A program made the translations under genes and the position numbers. This document shows positions 20,030 to 30,049 of a stretch of 64,000 bases of DNA, in pieces. A model generated the notes under the pieces. It had not been told where the DNA came from. It did not search any database and worked only from the letters and a program-made list of their open reading frames with translations. Each line of letters opens with the position of its first letter. Within the stretch, counting starts at the first letter, position 1. This DNA comes from Candidatus Latescibacterota bacterium (GTDB lineage Bacteria; Latescibacterota; UBA2968), in the NCBI GenBank assembly GCA_965208125.1, contig OZ242320.1, positions 3,008,001 to 3,072,000 on the forward strand. The letters run 5' to 3'.

Positions 20030-21181
20030 GTGAAAAAAGACACCTTTTTGTATATCAATGCCTTTTTAATGGATTGTTGTTTTGCCATTGTGGGCGTTTG
20101 CGTGCCATTGCACGCTCTGCAATTCGGTGCGACTTATGACGATCTGGGGCACATCAATGCCTGGGGGGCATTGGCTTATACGCTGACCAGTCTCGTGTCG
20201 GGCCGTCTTGCAGATCGGATGGGTTATCGCCCGGTTATGACTATTGGGTGTGTTTTTCTCGCGCTGGCATTTGTGGGATATATCGGTGTCAATCGCATCT
20301 GGCACTTTGTTGTACTTTCTGTGCTTACGGCGATTGCCATTGCACATTATTGGCCCCCGATGCAAGCCTATCTTGGGCGTGGGAAATCGCGAGATATGCT
20401 GTTACCCGCGTTGGGGCGATTCAATGTGGCGTGGACATTGGGCGTGTGTATTGGTCCGGCCGCAGGTGGTGAGTTGTTTGAATTTCACCCTTTTAGCGGA
20501 TTTATTCTGGGTGGTTTTTTGGTCGTTTTGCTATTTGTCGGTTTGCTCGTTGTTCCGATTTTGGAATCGGAGCCTGATGCTGTAAATAGACGGCCGGTTG
20601 CCGCAACGTCGGGACATTTTTTACCGCTTGCTTTGCTGGCCAATTTTGCAACGTTTTTTGCTATTGGTCTTGTGCGTGCATTGTTTCCAAAGTTGGCGAC
20701 AGACCTCGACATTTCACCGAGTTTGCTGGGGTATTTGCTGGCGCTGATCGCTTTGACCCAACTTGCGGTTTTTTATTTCATGTCGCGGACGGATCGATGG
20801 CAATTTCGCCTGTCACCCATTGTTTTTGCTCAGCTTCTGGCCGCTTTGGGGCTCGGTTTGATCGGGATAGGTACAAAGCCGATTGTTTTTGCATGTGGTT
20901 TTTTGCTGTTGGGCGGGCTTATTGGCGTGACGTTTACGGCGAGTATTTTTTACAGTTTATACACCGAAGGTCCAGGAGGCCGTCGCACGGGGATTCACGA
21001 AGCGATTGTGGGGAGTGGATTTTTGTTTGGTCCCCTTCTCGGCGGTCTTGTCGCCGAGCATTTCAATGCGCGATTGCCCTATTTGATGGGTAGTATGGTT
21101 ATTCTGATGACGATTGGTATTCAGTTGTTTATCCATAAAATGAAAGCTCCCAGAGGGTTTGTGCCACAGGCGGGTGACTAA
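20030..21181 (+). CDS. MFS transporter
   Basis: About 12 hydrophobic segments; motif A GRLADRMGYR. Confidence 0.9.
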   Translation: MKKDTFLYINAFLMDCCFAIVGVCVPLHALQFGATYDDLGHINAWGALAYTLTSLVSGRLADRMGYRPVMTIGCVFLALAFVGYIGVNRIWHFVVLSVLTAIAIAHYWPPMQAYLGRGKSRDMLLPALGRFNVAWTLGVCIGPAAGGELFEFHPFSGFILGGFLVVLLFVGLLVVPILESEPDAVNRRPVAATSGHFLPLALLANFATFFAIGLVRALFPKLATDLDISPSLLGYLLALIALTQLAVFYFMSRTDRWQFRLSPIVFAQLLAALGLGLIGIGTKPIVFACGFLLLGGLIGVTFTASIFYSLYTEGPGGRRTGIHEAIVGSGFLFGPLLGGLVAEHFNARLPYLMGSMVILMTIGIQLFIHKMKAPRGFVPQAGD

Positions 21182-21192
21182 TTTCCAATCTT

Positions 21193-21852
21193 GTGTGGAG
21201 GATGAATTTGAAAAAGCGTTTTAGTAAAGCCGAGAAAGCCGAAAGGATTGCCGAGATTTTGGACGAATTGTATCCCGATCCCGAAGGATCGCTGAGACAC
21301 GGGAGTGCTTATACTCTGCTGGTTGCGGTGTTGTTGTCGGCGCAGTGTACCGATGTGCGGGTCAATCAGGTGACGCCCGTTCTGTTTGCCCGGGCGGATA
21401 CGCCAGAGAAAATGATTGCGCTGTCGGTTGAGGAAATCGAAGGCATTATCCGTCCGTGCGGATTGGCGCCTCGCAAAGCGCAGGCGATTTTCGATTTGTC
21501 TCGTATTTTGCTGGATAAACACGATGGCGAGGTGCCCCAATCTTATGAAGATTTGGAAGCATTGCCCGGCGTGGGACACAAGACAGCGTCGGTGGTGATG
21601 GCTCAGGCTTTTGGCGTGCCAGCATTTCCCGTGGATACGCATATTCACCGTCTCGCCTATCGATGGGGATTGTCCAGTGGCAAAAATGTGGTGCAGACCG
21701 AGCGCGATTTGAAACGCATTTTTCCCGCAGAAATTTGGAATAAGCTGCATTTGCAGATTATCTTTTTTGGACGAGAATATTGCCCGGCGAGAGGCCATGA
21801 TCTCCATCAATGCCGCATTTGCAATGTGTATGGACGCAGGAGTTTGTTTTGA
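21193..21852 (+). CDS. nth: Endonuclease III
   Basis: LLSAQCTD, LPGVGHKTA, VDTHIHR, C-terminal Cys cluster; exact start codon uncertain. Confidence 0.95.
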   Translation: MWRMNLKKRFSKAEKAERIAEILDELYPDPEGSLRHGSAYTLLVAVLLSAQCTDVRVNQVTPVLFARADTPEKMIALSVEEIEGIIRPCGLAPRKAQAIFDLSRILLDKHDGEVPQSYEDLEALPGVGHKTASVVMAQAFGVPAFPVDTHIHRLAYRWGLSSGKNVVQTERDLKRIFPAEIWNKLHLQIIFFGREYCPARGHDLHQCRICNVYGRRSLF

Positions 21853-21868
21853 GAGATTGGAGGTGGGA

Positions 21869-23008
21869 GTGAAGATTCGAGCGATTGATATTTCGGTGTT
21901 TGAGTTGCCCGCCAATACGGGTCGGTTTCGGATGGAACAAACTGGTCAGGGTGCCCGCAAGCGATGGGCAAAGCGGGGTACGGGTAAGTCGGCAGAGCAT
22001 ATACACGTTTTGCATGTGAAAACTGATGAAGGGATAGAAGGGGTATGTACGGTGGGGGATGCGCGGTACACGACGATGCGTCCTGAAGATCTGGAGCAAT
22101 TGCGGTTGCTAACGGTTGGCGAAGATCCATTTGATCGCGAACGGCTCGCTCAAAAATTACACAAAGCAACGCGTGGCATGTTCACGCGACCTGGATGGTT
22201 TGGTGCTTTTGACAATTGTTTGTGGGATATTGCAGGCAAGGTTGCAGAGCTGCCCGTTCACAGTCTAATTGGTCGTGCGCGGTCTCGTTGCGCGGCTTAT
22301 TACAATTTTAGAAGTGGTTCACAAGAGGAGGCCGCAGCCGATGCAAAAAGGGCAGTGGAAATGGGATTTCTGGCTGTAAAAGATCACTTTGGAGGTACGG
22401 CAGATGAAAATATCGCGTGTTTTCACGCGGTGCGCGATGCGGTGGGGGATGATGTCGATATTTTGCACGATGCCGCAGGGTGTGATTATACGTTGCACGA
22501 TGCGATTCGGGTGGGTAAGACTCTGGAGGCGTTGCGGTTTGGGTGGTTTGAAGAGCCTTTGGCAGATCGAGATCAAAAGAATTTGCAGCGTTTGTGCGCT
22601 GCGCTGGATATTCCCATTTTGGCGCCTGAGACTTTGATGCACGATGTGGATTTGAGCGCGCAATGGATTATTTCCGGGGCAACCGATGCCCTGCGCGCCA
22701 ATGCGCGGCTGGGTACGACAGCGACGTTGAAATTGGCACATTTGACTGAGATGCACGGCGCAAATATTGAATTTAATGGACCGGGTGGGTTGTTTGGGCT
22801 GGTGCATGCACATCTGGTTTGTGCCATATCGAATACGAGTTATTACGAGTTTTTCCCAGGCGGCTCCCGGGATGTGCGCGGTCGCGAGATTGGATTGCTC
22901 AATCCTCCCCTGCCCGAGAATGGTCATATTACGCCGCCCAATGATCCCGGATGGGGCGCCGAATGGGATTGGGAATTTTTTGAGAAGAAGCGGATTGGAG
23001 AGTTGTGA
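21869..23008 (+). CDS. Mandelate racemase/enolase-superfamily enzyme
   Basis: GTG start with GGAGG RBS; DNCLWDIAGK, WFEEP, PNDPGWG. Confidence 0.88.
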   Translation: MKIRAIDISVFELPANTGRFRMEQTGQGARKRWAKRGTGKSAEHIHVLHVKTDEGIEGVCTVGDARYTTMRPEDLEQLRLLTVGEDPFDRERLAQKLHKATRGMFTRPGWFGAFDNCLWDIAGKVAELPVHSLIGRARSRCAAYYNFRSGSQEEAAADAKRAVEMGFLAVKDHFGGTADENIACFHAVRDAVGDDVDILHDAAGCDYTLHDAIRVGKTLEALRFGWFEEPLADRDQKNLQRLCAALDIPILAPETLMHDVDLSAQWIISGATDALRANARLGTTATLKLAHLTEMHGANIEFNGPGGLFGLVHAHLVCAISNTSYYEFFPGGSRDVRGREIGLLNPPLPENGHITPPNDPGWGAEWDWEFFEKKRIGEL

Positions 23009-23032
23009 TACTGACAACTGAAAGGAGATTTT

Positions 23033-24277
23033 ATGGCTTCTGATAAACCAAATATTATTCTGATTCTGTCCGATGATTTGGGATATGAATGCCTGGGGTG
23101 TTATGGGGGTGAATCGTATCAAACGCCCGTGCTGGATGGTTTGAGTAAAGAGGGAATGCGTTTTGACCATGCGTATGTTCTGCCGTTGTGTACGCCTACG
23201 CGGTTACAGTTGATGACTGGTAAATACAATTTTCGCAACTGGCGAGCTTTTGGGGTGATGGATCCCCAGGAGCGCACCTTTGGGCATTTGATGAAAGCGG
23301 CTGGGTACAAAACGTGTATTTCGGGGAAATGGCAAATGTATAGCTATAATCCGCCGGATTTTGAACCCGAGTGGCGCGGTAAGGGGCAATTGGCGGAAGA
23401 TTCGGGTTTTGACGAGTATTGTTTGTGGCATACGGAACATACCGAGGATAAGGGGTCGCGGTATGCCGATCCGGTGATTCAACAAAATGGGGAGTATTTG
23501 GAGGAGACAGAGGGCAAGTACGGTCCAGATATTTATACGGCTTATATTTGCGATTATATCGAGCGGCACAGGGATGAGCCGTTTTTTGTTTATTATCCAA
23601 TGGCACTGACACACGGTCCGTTTGAACCCACGCCCCATAGTGAAATATGGTCTGAAAACCGACACGATAGCGGTGTGGAATATTTTAAAGATATGGTTGA
23701 GTATATGGATGTGGTGATTGGACGGATTGTAGATAAATTGGATGAACTCGATCTGAGAGAGAATACTTTGCTTTTGTTTATTGGCGATAATGGGTCGCCT
23801 CGTCAGGTGACTTCTATTATCAATGGTCGCGAGTTTCAGGGTGGAAAGGGCCTTTCGACTGATGCGGGTACGCGGGTGCCATTTGTTGCGAGTTGGCCGG
23901 GTACGATTCCCCCCGGGTCTGTGTGTGATGATTTGATCGATTGTAGCGATTTTGTACCGTTGATGATGGATATGGCTGGGGCTTCCTTGCCCGAGGACGA
24001 TGTGTTTGATGGGGTGTCATTTTTGCCGCAGTTAAAGGGCGAGGCGGGAACGCCACGCGAGTGGATTTTTGCCCATCACGATCCCCTGCCCGGATGGGGT
24101 AAGGAGGGTTATTACTTAAAGCGATGGGCACAGGATAAACGCTGGAAGCTCTACGATACGGGCGATTTGTACGATGTTGTAGCAGATGAGTTGGAAGAGC
24201 ATCCCATCGTCGATGGAGGTGCAGAAGCAGAGGCAGCGCGACAAAAATTACAGCCCGTGCTGGATCGGATGAAGTAG
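23033..24277 (+). CDS. Sulfatase (Cys-type, no signal peptide)
   Basis: KPNIILILSDDLG, CTPTR, GKW, GDNG. Confidence 0.92.
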   Translation: MASDKPNIILILSDDLGYECLGCYGGESYQTPVLDGLSKEGMRFDHAYVLPLCTPTRLQLMTGKYNFRNWRAFGVMDPQERTFGHLMKAAGYKTCISGKWQMYSYNPPDFEPEWRGKGQLAEDSGFDEYCLWHTEHTEDKGSRYADPVIQQNGEYLEETEGKYGPDIYTAYICDYIERHRDEPFFVYYPMALTHGPFEPTPHSEIWSENRHDSGVEYFKDMVEYMDVVIGRIVDKLDELDLRENTLLLFIGDNGSPRQVTSIINGREFQGGKGLSTDAGTRVPFVASWPGTIPPGSVCDDLIDCSDFVPLMMDMAGASLPEDDVFDGVSFLPQLKGEAGTPREWIFAHHDPLPGWGKEGYYLKRWAQDKRWKLYDTGDLYDVVADELEEHPIVDGGAEAEAARQKLQPVLDRMK

Positions 24278-24463
24278 AAGATTTATTGCATGTTTTGTTC
24301 TGTGGAGGATGGCTATTTTGAACAGATCTTTCAACACCTGTCCGCTTTGATATGATGTATTTCATTTTATAACAATAGGTTATATCTCTAAGGGGTTCTG
24401 GCACGCTCCTTGCCTGATTCTATTGCTTCTTTCAGTTGGTTCCTTTCAGGCAAGGAGGTTTTG

Positions 24464-26002
24464 ATGACTTCGCGTGTGTTGAGTTGTGCAACGCTGGGTA
24501 TTGATGCGTATATCGTGCATATTGAGGCGGATATTTCGCGTCGGCTTCCCTCATTTTCAGTGGTGGGTTTGCCCGATAGTACGGTGAAGGAGAGCCGGGA
24601 TCGGGTGATGGCTGCGATTAAAAATTCCGGGCGAACATTCCCGAATAATCGGATTACGGTGAATTTGGCACCGGCAGATATCCGAAAGGAAGGCTCGGCA
24701 TTTGATTTGCCGATTGCGATAGGTATTATTGCCGCGATGGGCGATTCAATTTCACCCGAGAAGCTGTCGCAATATCTCATTTTGGGTGAGTTGGCTTTAG
24801 ATGGCACGGTGCGGCCCGTGCGCGGGGCGCTGTCAATGGCTGTGGAAGCCAAAAAGGCGGGTTTAAAAGGGTTGCTCGTTCCTGTGGAGAATGCGCGAGA
24901 GGCGGCGATTACAGGAGGATTAGATGTTTTGCCGGTGCGCGATTTGAGTGAGGCACTGGATTTTTTTGAGGGGTACTGCGATATTATGCCCTTTGAAATC
25001 AATAGCAAGGCGATTTTTCGGCAGGCGCAGATGCATCGGGTGGATTTTAAGGATGTGCGCGGGCAAGAGCATGCAAAGCGCGCGCTGGAGGTGGCGGCGG
25101 CAGGCGCGCATAACGCGATTCTCATGGGACCTCCCGGATCGGGCAAGACGATGCTCGCGAGAAGATTGCCGACCATTTTGCCCGATCTGACGCTGGATGA
25201 GGCCCTGCAGACGACAAAAATTCACTCGGTGGCGGGGTTGTTGCCGCCCGATACGGCACTGGTGGCGATAAGGCCGTTTCGCTCGCCGCATCACACGATT
25301 TCAGATGCGGGGTTGATCGGTGGCGGTCCCTATCCCCGGCCAGGAGAGGTGTCGCTGGCACATCACGGGGTGCTGTTTTTGGATGAGCTTCCCGAGTTTA
25401 AGAAACAGGTCCTGGAATCTCTTCGACAACCCATTGAGGACAGTTTTGTGACGATTGCACGCGCGGCGATATCGCTTTCGTATCCCGCGCAGTTTATGCT
25501 CGTTTGCGCTATGAATCCGTGTCCCTGCGGGTATTTGGGCGATCCACACCACGAGTGTATTTGCTCGCCTCCTGTGGTGCAGCGCTATGTCAATCGGATC
25601 TCGGGACCGTTGATGGATCGCATTGATATTCACGTAGAAGCCCCGGCTGTGCAGTATGAAGAACTGGTCAATGAACCCGCTGGCGAGTCTTCCGCAGAGG
25701 TTCGCAAGCGCGTGCAAGGCGCGCGGCAAATACAGTTGGAACGATTTGCGGATTATAGCGATTTGTTTAGCAACGCGCACATGGGGTCGCGAGAGATTCG
25801 GATGTTTTGCAAAATTGATGATAGGAGCGAGGAGTTGTTGCGGATGGCGATTACGCGATTGGGGCTGTCGGCACGGGCTTATGATCGCATTCTGAAGGCG
25901 AGCCGCACAATAGCAGACCTGGAGGGCGAAGAGGATATCCAATCGCGCCATGTTGCCGAGGCGATTCAATACCGTAGTCTGGATAGAAGGTTGTGGGAGT
26001 GA
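24464..26002 (+). CDS. comM: ComM/YifB Mg-chelatase-like AAA ATPase
   Basis: VGLPDSTVKESRDRV, GPPGSGKT, LFLDELPEF, MNPCPCG. Confidence 0.93.
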   Translation: MTSRVLSCATLGIDAYIVHIEADISRRLPSFSVVGLPDSTVKESRDRVMAAIKNSGRTFPNNRITVNLAPADIRKEGSAFDLPIAIGIIAAMGDSISPEKLSQYLILGELALDGTVRPVRGALSMAVEAKKAGLKGLLVPVENAREAAITGGLDVLPVRDLSEALDFFEGYCDIMPFEINSKAIFRQAQMHRVDFKDVRGQEHAKRALEVAAAGAHNAILMGPPGSGKTMLARRLPTILPDLTLDEALQTTKIHSVAGLLPPDTALVAIRPFRSPHHTISDAGLIGGGPYPRPGEVSLAHHGVLFLDELPEFKKQVLESLRQPIEDSFVTIARAAISLSYPAQFMLVCAMNPCPCGYLGDPHHECICSPPVVQRYVNRISGPLMDRIDIHVEAPAVQYEELVNEPAGESSAEVRKRVQGARQIQLERFADYSDLFSNAHMGSREIRMFCKIDDRSEELLRMAITRLGLSARAYDRILKASRTIADLEGEEDIQSRHVAEAIQYRSLDRRLWE

Positions 26003-26010
26003 TATCACAA

Positions 26011-26039
26011 TTGTAAAACGATGTCCAGGACGGTATATT
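26011..26039 (+). promoter_or_regulatory. Sigma70-like promoter
   Basis: TTGTAA-17 nt-TATATT. Confidence 0.5.
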
Positions 26040-26077
26040 ATGACATTCCTCGAAACAGTTGAGCAGGAGTATCCAAA

Positions 26078-26419
26078 ATGAAAAAAGAACTGTTTGATGA
26101 TTTACTCCAAAGTGTGCGTGAGGGGGGTGCTATTATGCGTGGTGAGATGGCACCGAGTCGCGTATTTGATTTTACGCCTTTGGATGTCAAAGCCATTCGC
26201 GAAAAGCTCAACAAGTCTCAACATGAATTTGCACTTATGATCGGTGTGAGTACGTCAACGCTACAAGATTGGGAAAAAGAACGTTGCATTCCTCAGGGGG
26301 CTGCCCGTGCAGTATTAAAAATTGCAGAAAAAAATCCTCAAGAGTTTGCCGAGATATTAGAGGCGTACAAAAAATCTCTGGCAGGGGATCTTCAGGTCTC
26401 GTCCAGTCAACAGGATTAA
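26078..26419 (+). CDS. Xre-HTH antitoxin-like regulator (NadS/HigA-like)
   Basis: LFDDLLQSVREG...DVKAIREKLNKSQHEFALMIGVSTSTLQDWE. Confidence 0.85.
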   Translation: MKKELFDDLLQSVREGGAIMRGEMAPSRVFDFTPLDVKAIREKLNKSQHEFALMIGVSTSTLQDWEKERCIPQGAARAVLKIAEKNPQEFAEILEAYKKSLAGDLQVSSSQQD

Positions 26420-26448
26420 ATTCATCCTGAATTGGCGGATTTCAAAAC

Positions 26449-26484
26449 AAAAAGCGGAGCTTTGAAAGATGCTCCGCTTTTTTT
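26449..26484 (+). terminator. Intrinsic terminator
   Basis: aaaagcggagc...gctccgctttttt. Confidence 0.7.
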
Positions 26485-26494
26485 GGGTTACAAT

Positions 26495-28663
26495 ATGAAA
26501 CGCGATGCGAATAAAATTATAATACCAGGTGTAAAGGGCGAGGTGTGCATTCAGCGGATGGCGCATGGGTTTCCGCATATTTCGGCGCGGGATGAAGGGG
26601 ACCGGTATTACGGTCTGGGGTATGCACATGGCCGGGATAGGCAGATGCATATGTGGTTGCTGAAGCTCATCGGGCGCGGGAATGCGTCGGCATATCTGAA
26701 AGCGGATGACGAGTTGATTGAGGTAGATCGGTTTATGCGCTGGCTCGATATAGCGGGCGATGCGGATCGGGAAGCGCGACATTTGTCACCTGATGTGCAA
26801 GCGGTTCTGGATGCGTATTGCAAGGGGGTGAATCAGGCGGTTCGCGCAATGGGAACGCCTTTTGAGTTTAAGCTGATGGGATATCGACCAGATGATTGGA
26901 CGCCGGCAGATGCCTTGCTGATGGTTAAGTTGATCGGTTTTGTGGGGCTTTCGCAAATGCAGGGCGATATGGAGAAGTTGATTGTTCAGTTGATTCAAAA
27001 GGGTCTGGATACGGAGCGACTAAAGACGCTTTTTCCGGCGATTCGGGACGATATATCAGAAGAGTACATCGATCTGATAAAGAAGGTGCGTCTGGTGCGT
27101 CCGATGATTCCGACATCTGTGGTGTGGCGCGATTTGTTGCCCGATTTTTCCGCGAGCAATAATTGGGCTGTGCGTCCGTCAAAGACGGCATCTGGATGGG
27201 CGATGATGTGCGGGGATCCACATCTGCAATTGCAATTGCCTTCGGTGTGGTATCTGGCGGTGCTGTCTGGGGACGATGATTATTTGATGGGTGCGACGCT
27301 GCCGGGGTTGCCGGTTGTGGCTATGGGACGATCACCCCATCTGTCGTGGGCAGCGACCTATGGTACGGCCGATGTGTGTGATTATTTTTTGGAGGAGGTG
27401 AAGGATGGGAAGTATAGATGTGGGGATAAATGGGTGCCTCTGCGCGTGCGAGAAGAGGTTATTCGGCCTAAGAAGCGGGATCCGATAGGGTTGCGCGTTT
27501 GCGAGACAGAGCGCGGTTTGTTGGAGGGCGAGGTTGAGGAGGATGGGTTTTACCTGTGTTATGCGTGGACGGGTAAGCAGCAAGAAGGGACGGGTGCGAA
27601 TGCGTTGGATTGTGTTTTGCGGATTACAAAATCGAAGGGTGTTGAAGAGGCACGAGATTATTTTGCGGGGTTGACGTTTGCGCCGTTTAATTGGGTGTTT
27701 GCAGATCGGGCGGGGAATATTGGCTATCAACTCGGGGGGCTGGTGCCCAAACAACCCGAAGGTTCATCGGGTTTGCTTCCGTATTTGGGGTGGGATGAGA
27801 AACAGAATTGGGATGGGATGGTTGATCCGATATTGTATCCGCGTGCGATGAATCCCGAATGTGATTTTATTGTGACGGCAAATCAGGATCTCAATTTTAT
27901 GGGGCAGTTCGCGCCAATGAAATTGTCGATTTCGTCTTATCGCGCGGATCGAATTTGCGAGATGTTGCGGGAGAAGGATGATTTAACAGTAGAGGATATG
28001 AAGCAGATTCACTGCGATCTTTACGCGCTTCAGGCCAGGGAGTTTATGGCAATTATACGTCCGTTGTTACCAGAATCGGAAAACGGGAATATATTGCGGG
28101 ATTGGGATTTGTGTTATGATGCGGATTCTCTGGGTGCGACGCTTTTTGAACGCGTTTATCGCGAACTCGTTTTGCTCGTTTTTGGGGATCATGGTTTGGG
28201 GCGCGAGATGGTGACGTTTTTGCTGGATGGTACGACGTTGTTCAGTGTTCTGCACGGGTATTTTGATCGCATTCTTTTGAGCGAGGCGTCGGTCTGGTTT
28301 GGAGATCAGCCGCGTGAGGTTCTTTATCAAATGGCGATTGAACGCGGGTTAAGGGAGAAAGCCGTGCCGCATGGCGAAGTGAGCAGGGTTTATATTGAGC
28401 ATATTTTTTTCAGGGGGAAGTTGCCGAGGTTTTTGGGTTTTGATTATTCGCTTGCGAATACTGGGAGTCGGTCAACGGTTTCGCAGGCTGGTGTGTTCAA
28501 AGGTGGCGCGCTTGCACCCACTTTTCGAATGATTTGCGATTTTGGGGAGGATGTTCTACACGCGAATGTCGCGGGCGGTGCTTCAGATCGCCGTTTTTCC
28601 AAATTCTATACGTCGGGGTTGGATGCGTGGGCGCAAGGTGAGTACGAGGTTTTAGGACTATAA
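26495..28663 (+). CDS. Penicillin acylase (S45 Ntn-hydrolase) family protein
   Basis: GFPHISA, GYAHGRDR, catalytic SNNWAV, DPHL; no signal peptide. Confidence 0.9.
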   Translation: MKRDANKIIIPGVKGEVCIQRMAHGFPHISARDEGDRYYGLGYAHGRDRQMHMWLLKLIGRGNASAYLKADDELIEVDRFMRWLDIAGDADREARHLSPDVQAVLDAYCKGVNQAVRAMGTPFEFKLMGYRPDDWTPADALLMVKLIGFVGLSQMQGDMEKLIVQLIQKGLDTERLKTLFPAIRDDISEEYIDLIKKVRLVRPMIPTSVVWRDLLPDFSASNNWAVRPSKTASGWAMMCGDPHLQLQLPSVWYLAVLSGDDDYLMGATLPGLPVVAMGRSPHLSWAATYGTADVCDYFLEEVKDGKYRCGDKWVPLRVREEVIRPKKRDPIGLRVCETERGLLEGEVEEDGFYLCYAWTGKQQEGTGANALDCVLRITKSKGVEEARDYFAGLTFAPFNWVFADRAGNIGYQLGGLVPKQPEGSSGLLPYLGWDEKQNWDGMVDPILYPRAMNPECDFIVTANQDLNFMGQFAPMKLSISSYRADRICEMLREKDDLTVEDMKQIHCDLYALQAREFMAIIRPLLPESENGNILRDWDLCYDADSLGATLFERVYRELVLLVFGDHGLGREMVTFLLDGTTLFSVLHGYFDRILLSEASVWFGDQPREVLYQMAIERGLREKAVPHGEVSRVYIEHIFFRGKLPRFLGFDYSLANTGSRSTVSQAGVFKGGALAPTFRMICDFGEDVLHANVAGGASDRRFSKFYTSGLDAWAQGEYEVLGL

Positions 28664-28674
28664 AGGGCTGACCG

Positions 28675-30048
28675 CTAACGGGTTGCTCTGTTAATGCCTT
28701 TGATTTTTTGATTTGCTTTGGCGCGCTGGTCGATTTCTTCGGGTGTGACGATGTTGTGGAGGTCGGCGCGGAGGTCGGAGAGGATGTCGGCACAGGTGGG
28801 GTCGTCGGCGCGATTCTCGGTTTCGTCGGGGTCGTTGGCGATGTTGAATAACTGGTCTGGCAGGCCGACGTAGTGGATGTATTTCCAGTCGCCTTTTTTG
28901 ATCATGAAGCCGCCGTTTAGAGCGCCCTGGGCGTGATATTCGCTGAAGATGGGGCGGTCGGAAAAGGCGTGACCGTGGATGGCGGGGAGGAGGCTGCTGC
29001 CGGGTAAAGGCGCGGGATCCTGTTCGGCGAGGTCGAGAAGGGTGGGGAGGATGTCGATGAGGTTGGCTCCTGCGGCGATGCGCTGGTTGCCCTCGGCGTT
29101 TGGATGGCGAATGATCATGGGGACGCGTACGGCGTGTTCGTAAAAGCATTGTTTTTGCCATATACCGTGATGTCCACCCATTTCGCCGTGGTCGCTGACG
29201 TAGATGACGACGGTGTTGTCGCGCAGGGATGAGTTATCGACAATGTGGAGCAAGCGACCGACGAGGTCGTCGGTGAAAGAGATGAGGCCGTAGTAAGCAG
29301 CGGTTGCGGTGGTGGAGATGGCGTCGGGCAAGGGTTCTTCGTTGCGTAGCCAGTGGCGGAGTTGCTGGATGGAAGGGTGCTGGGTATCGCAGGGTTCGGT
29401 TCTCGTGTGTGGCAAGATGACGCGGTCGGGATAGTAGCGGTCGAAGTATTCTTGCGGGCACAGGAGGGGGAAGTGGGGGTTCATGAAGCCGGTGTAGAGG
29501 AAGAAGGGACGGTCGGCGTATTGTGCGCGGGATTTGAGGAAGCGTTCGGAGAGGTCAGTAGCTGTGCTGTCGTAGTCGTTTTGCCAGTTTTCCCCGGGAC
29601 CGCATTCGGTGACGTGGCTGTTGCTGCCGCGCCGGTTGTCGGGTGTGCGCGAGGGAGCACCCATATTCCAGTGTTTCCATTTTTCTGCGTCGTCCATGAG
29701 CCGTTTGCCAAAGCCGTGCAGGCGTTCGGGACCTATGAAGTGGGTGCGGCCACAGACTGCGGTTTCGTAGCCCGCGGCTTCGAGGTAGCTGCCCATTGTG
29801 GGGATTGTTCCCGCGAGGGGCGAGCCGTTGTCCCAGGTGCCGATCTGGTGGACGTATTGTCCGGTCATAAAGGACATGCGTGCCGGTACGCATATCGGGC
29901 AGGCGGTATAGGCATTGTCAAAGGTGGTGCCTTCGGATGCGAGGCGGTCCATGTGTGGCGTTTCGATATGGGGGTGGCCGTAACAACCGGTGACTGAGGG
30001 GTCGTGTTCGTCGCTCATGATGAGCAAGATGTTGGGACGCTGGTTCAT
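28675..30048 (-). CDS. Sulfatase (choline-sulfatase-like)
   Basis: RPNILLIMSDEH, CVPAR, SDHGEM. Confidence 0.92.
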   Translation of the reverse strand: MNQRPNILLIMSDEHDPSVTGCYGHPHIETPHMDRLASEGTTFDNAYTACPICVPARMSFMTGQYVHQIGTWDNGSPLAGTIPTMGSYLEAAGYETAVCGRTHFIGPERLHGFGKRLMDDAEKWKHWNMGAPSRTPDNRRGSNSHVTECGPGENWQNDYDSTATDLSERFLKSRAQYADRPFFLYTGFMNPHFPLLCPQEYFDRYYPDRVILPHTRTEPCDTQHPSIQQLRHWLRNEEPLPDAISTTATAAYYGLISFTDDLVGRLLHIVDNSSLRDNTVVIYVSDHGEMGGHHGIWQKQCFYEHAVRVPMIIRHPNAEGNQRIAAGANLIDILPTLLDLAEQDPAPLPGSSLLPAIHGHAFSDRPIFSEYHAQGALNGGFMIKKGDWKYIHYVGLPDQLFNIANDPDETENRADDPTCADILSDLRADLHNIVTPEEIDQRAKANQKIKGINRATR

Positions 30049-30049
30049 G

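Noticed and set aside
21178-26008. Long antisense ORFs (21178-21915, 22319-23170, 24388-25176, 25301-26008)
   Set aside because: These are shadow frames of nth, the enolase-family gene and comM, with no motifs of their own.
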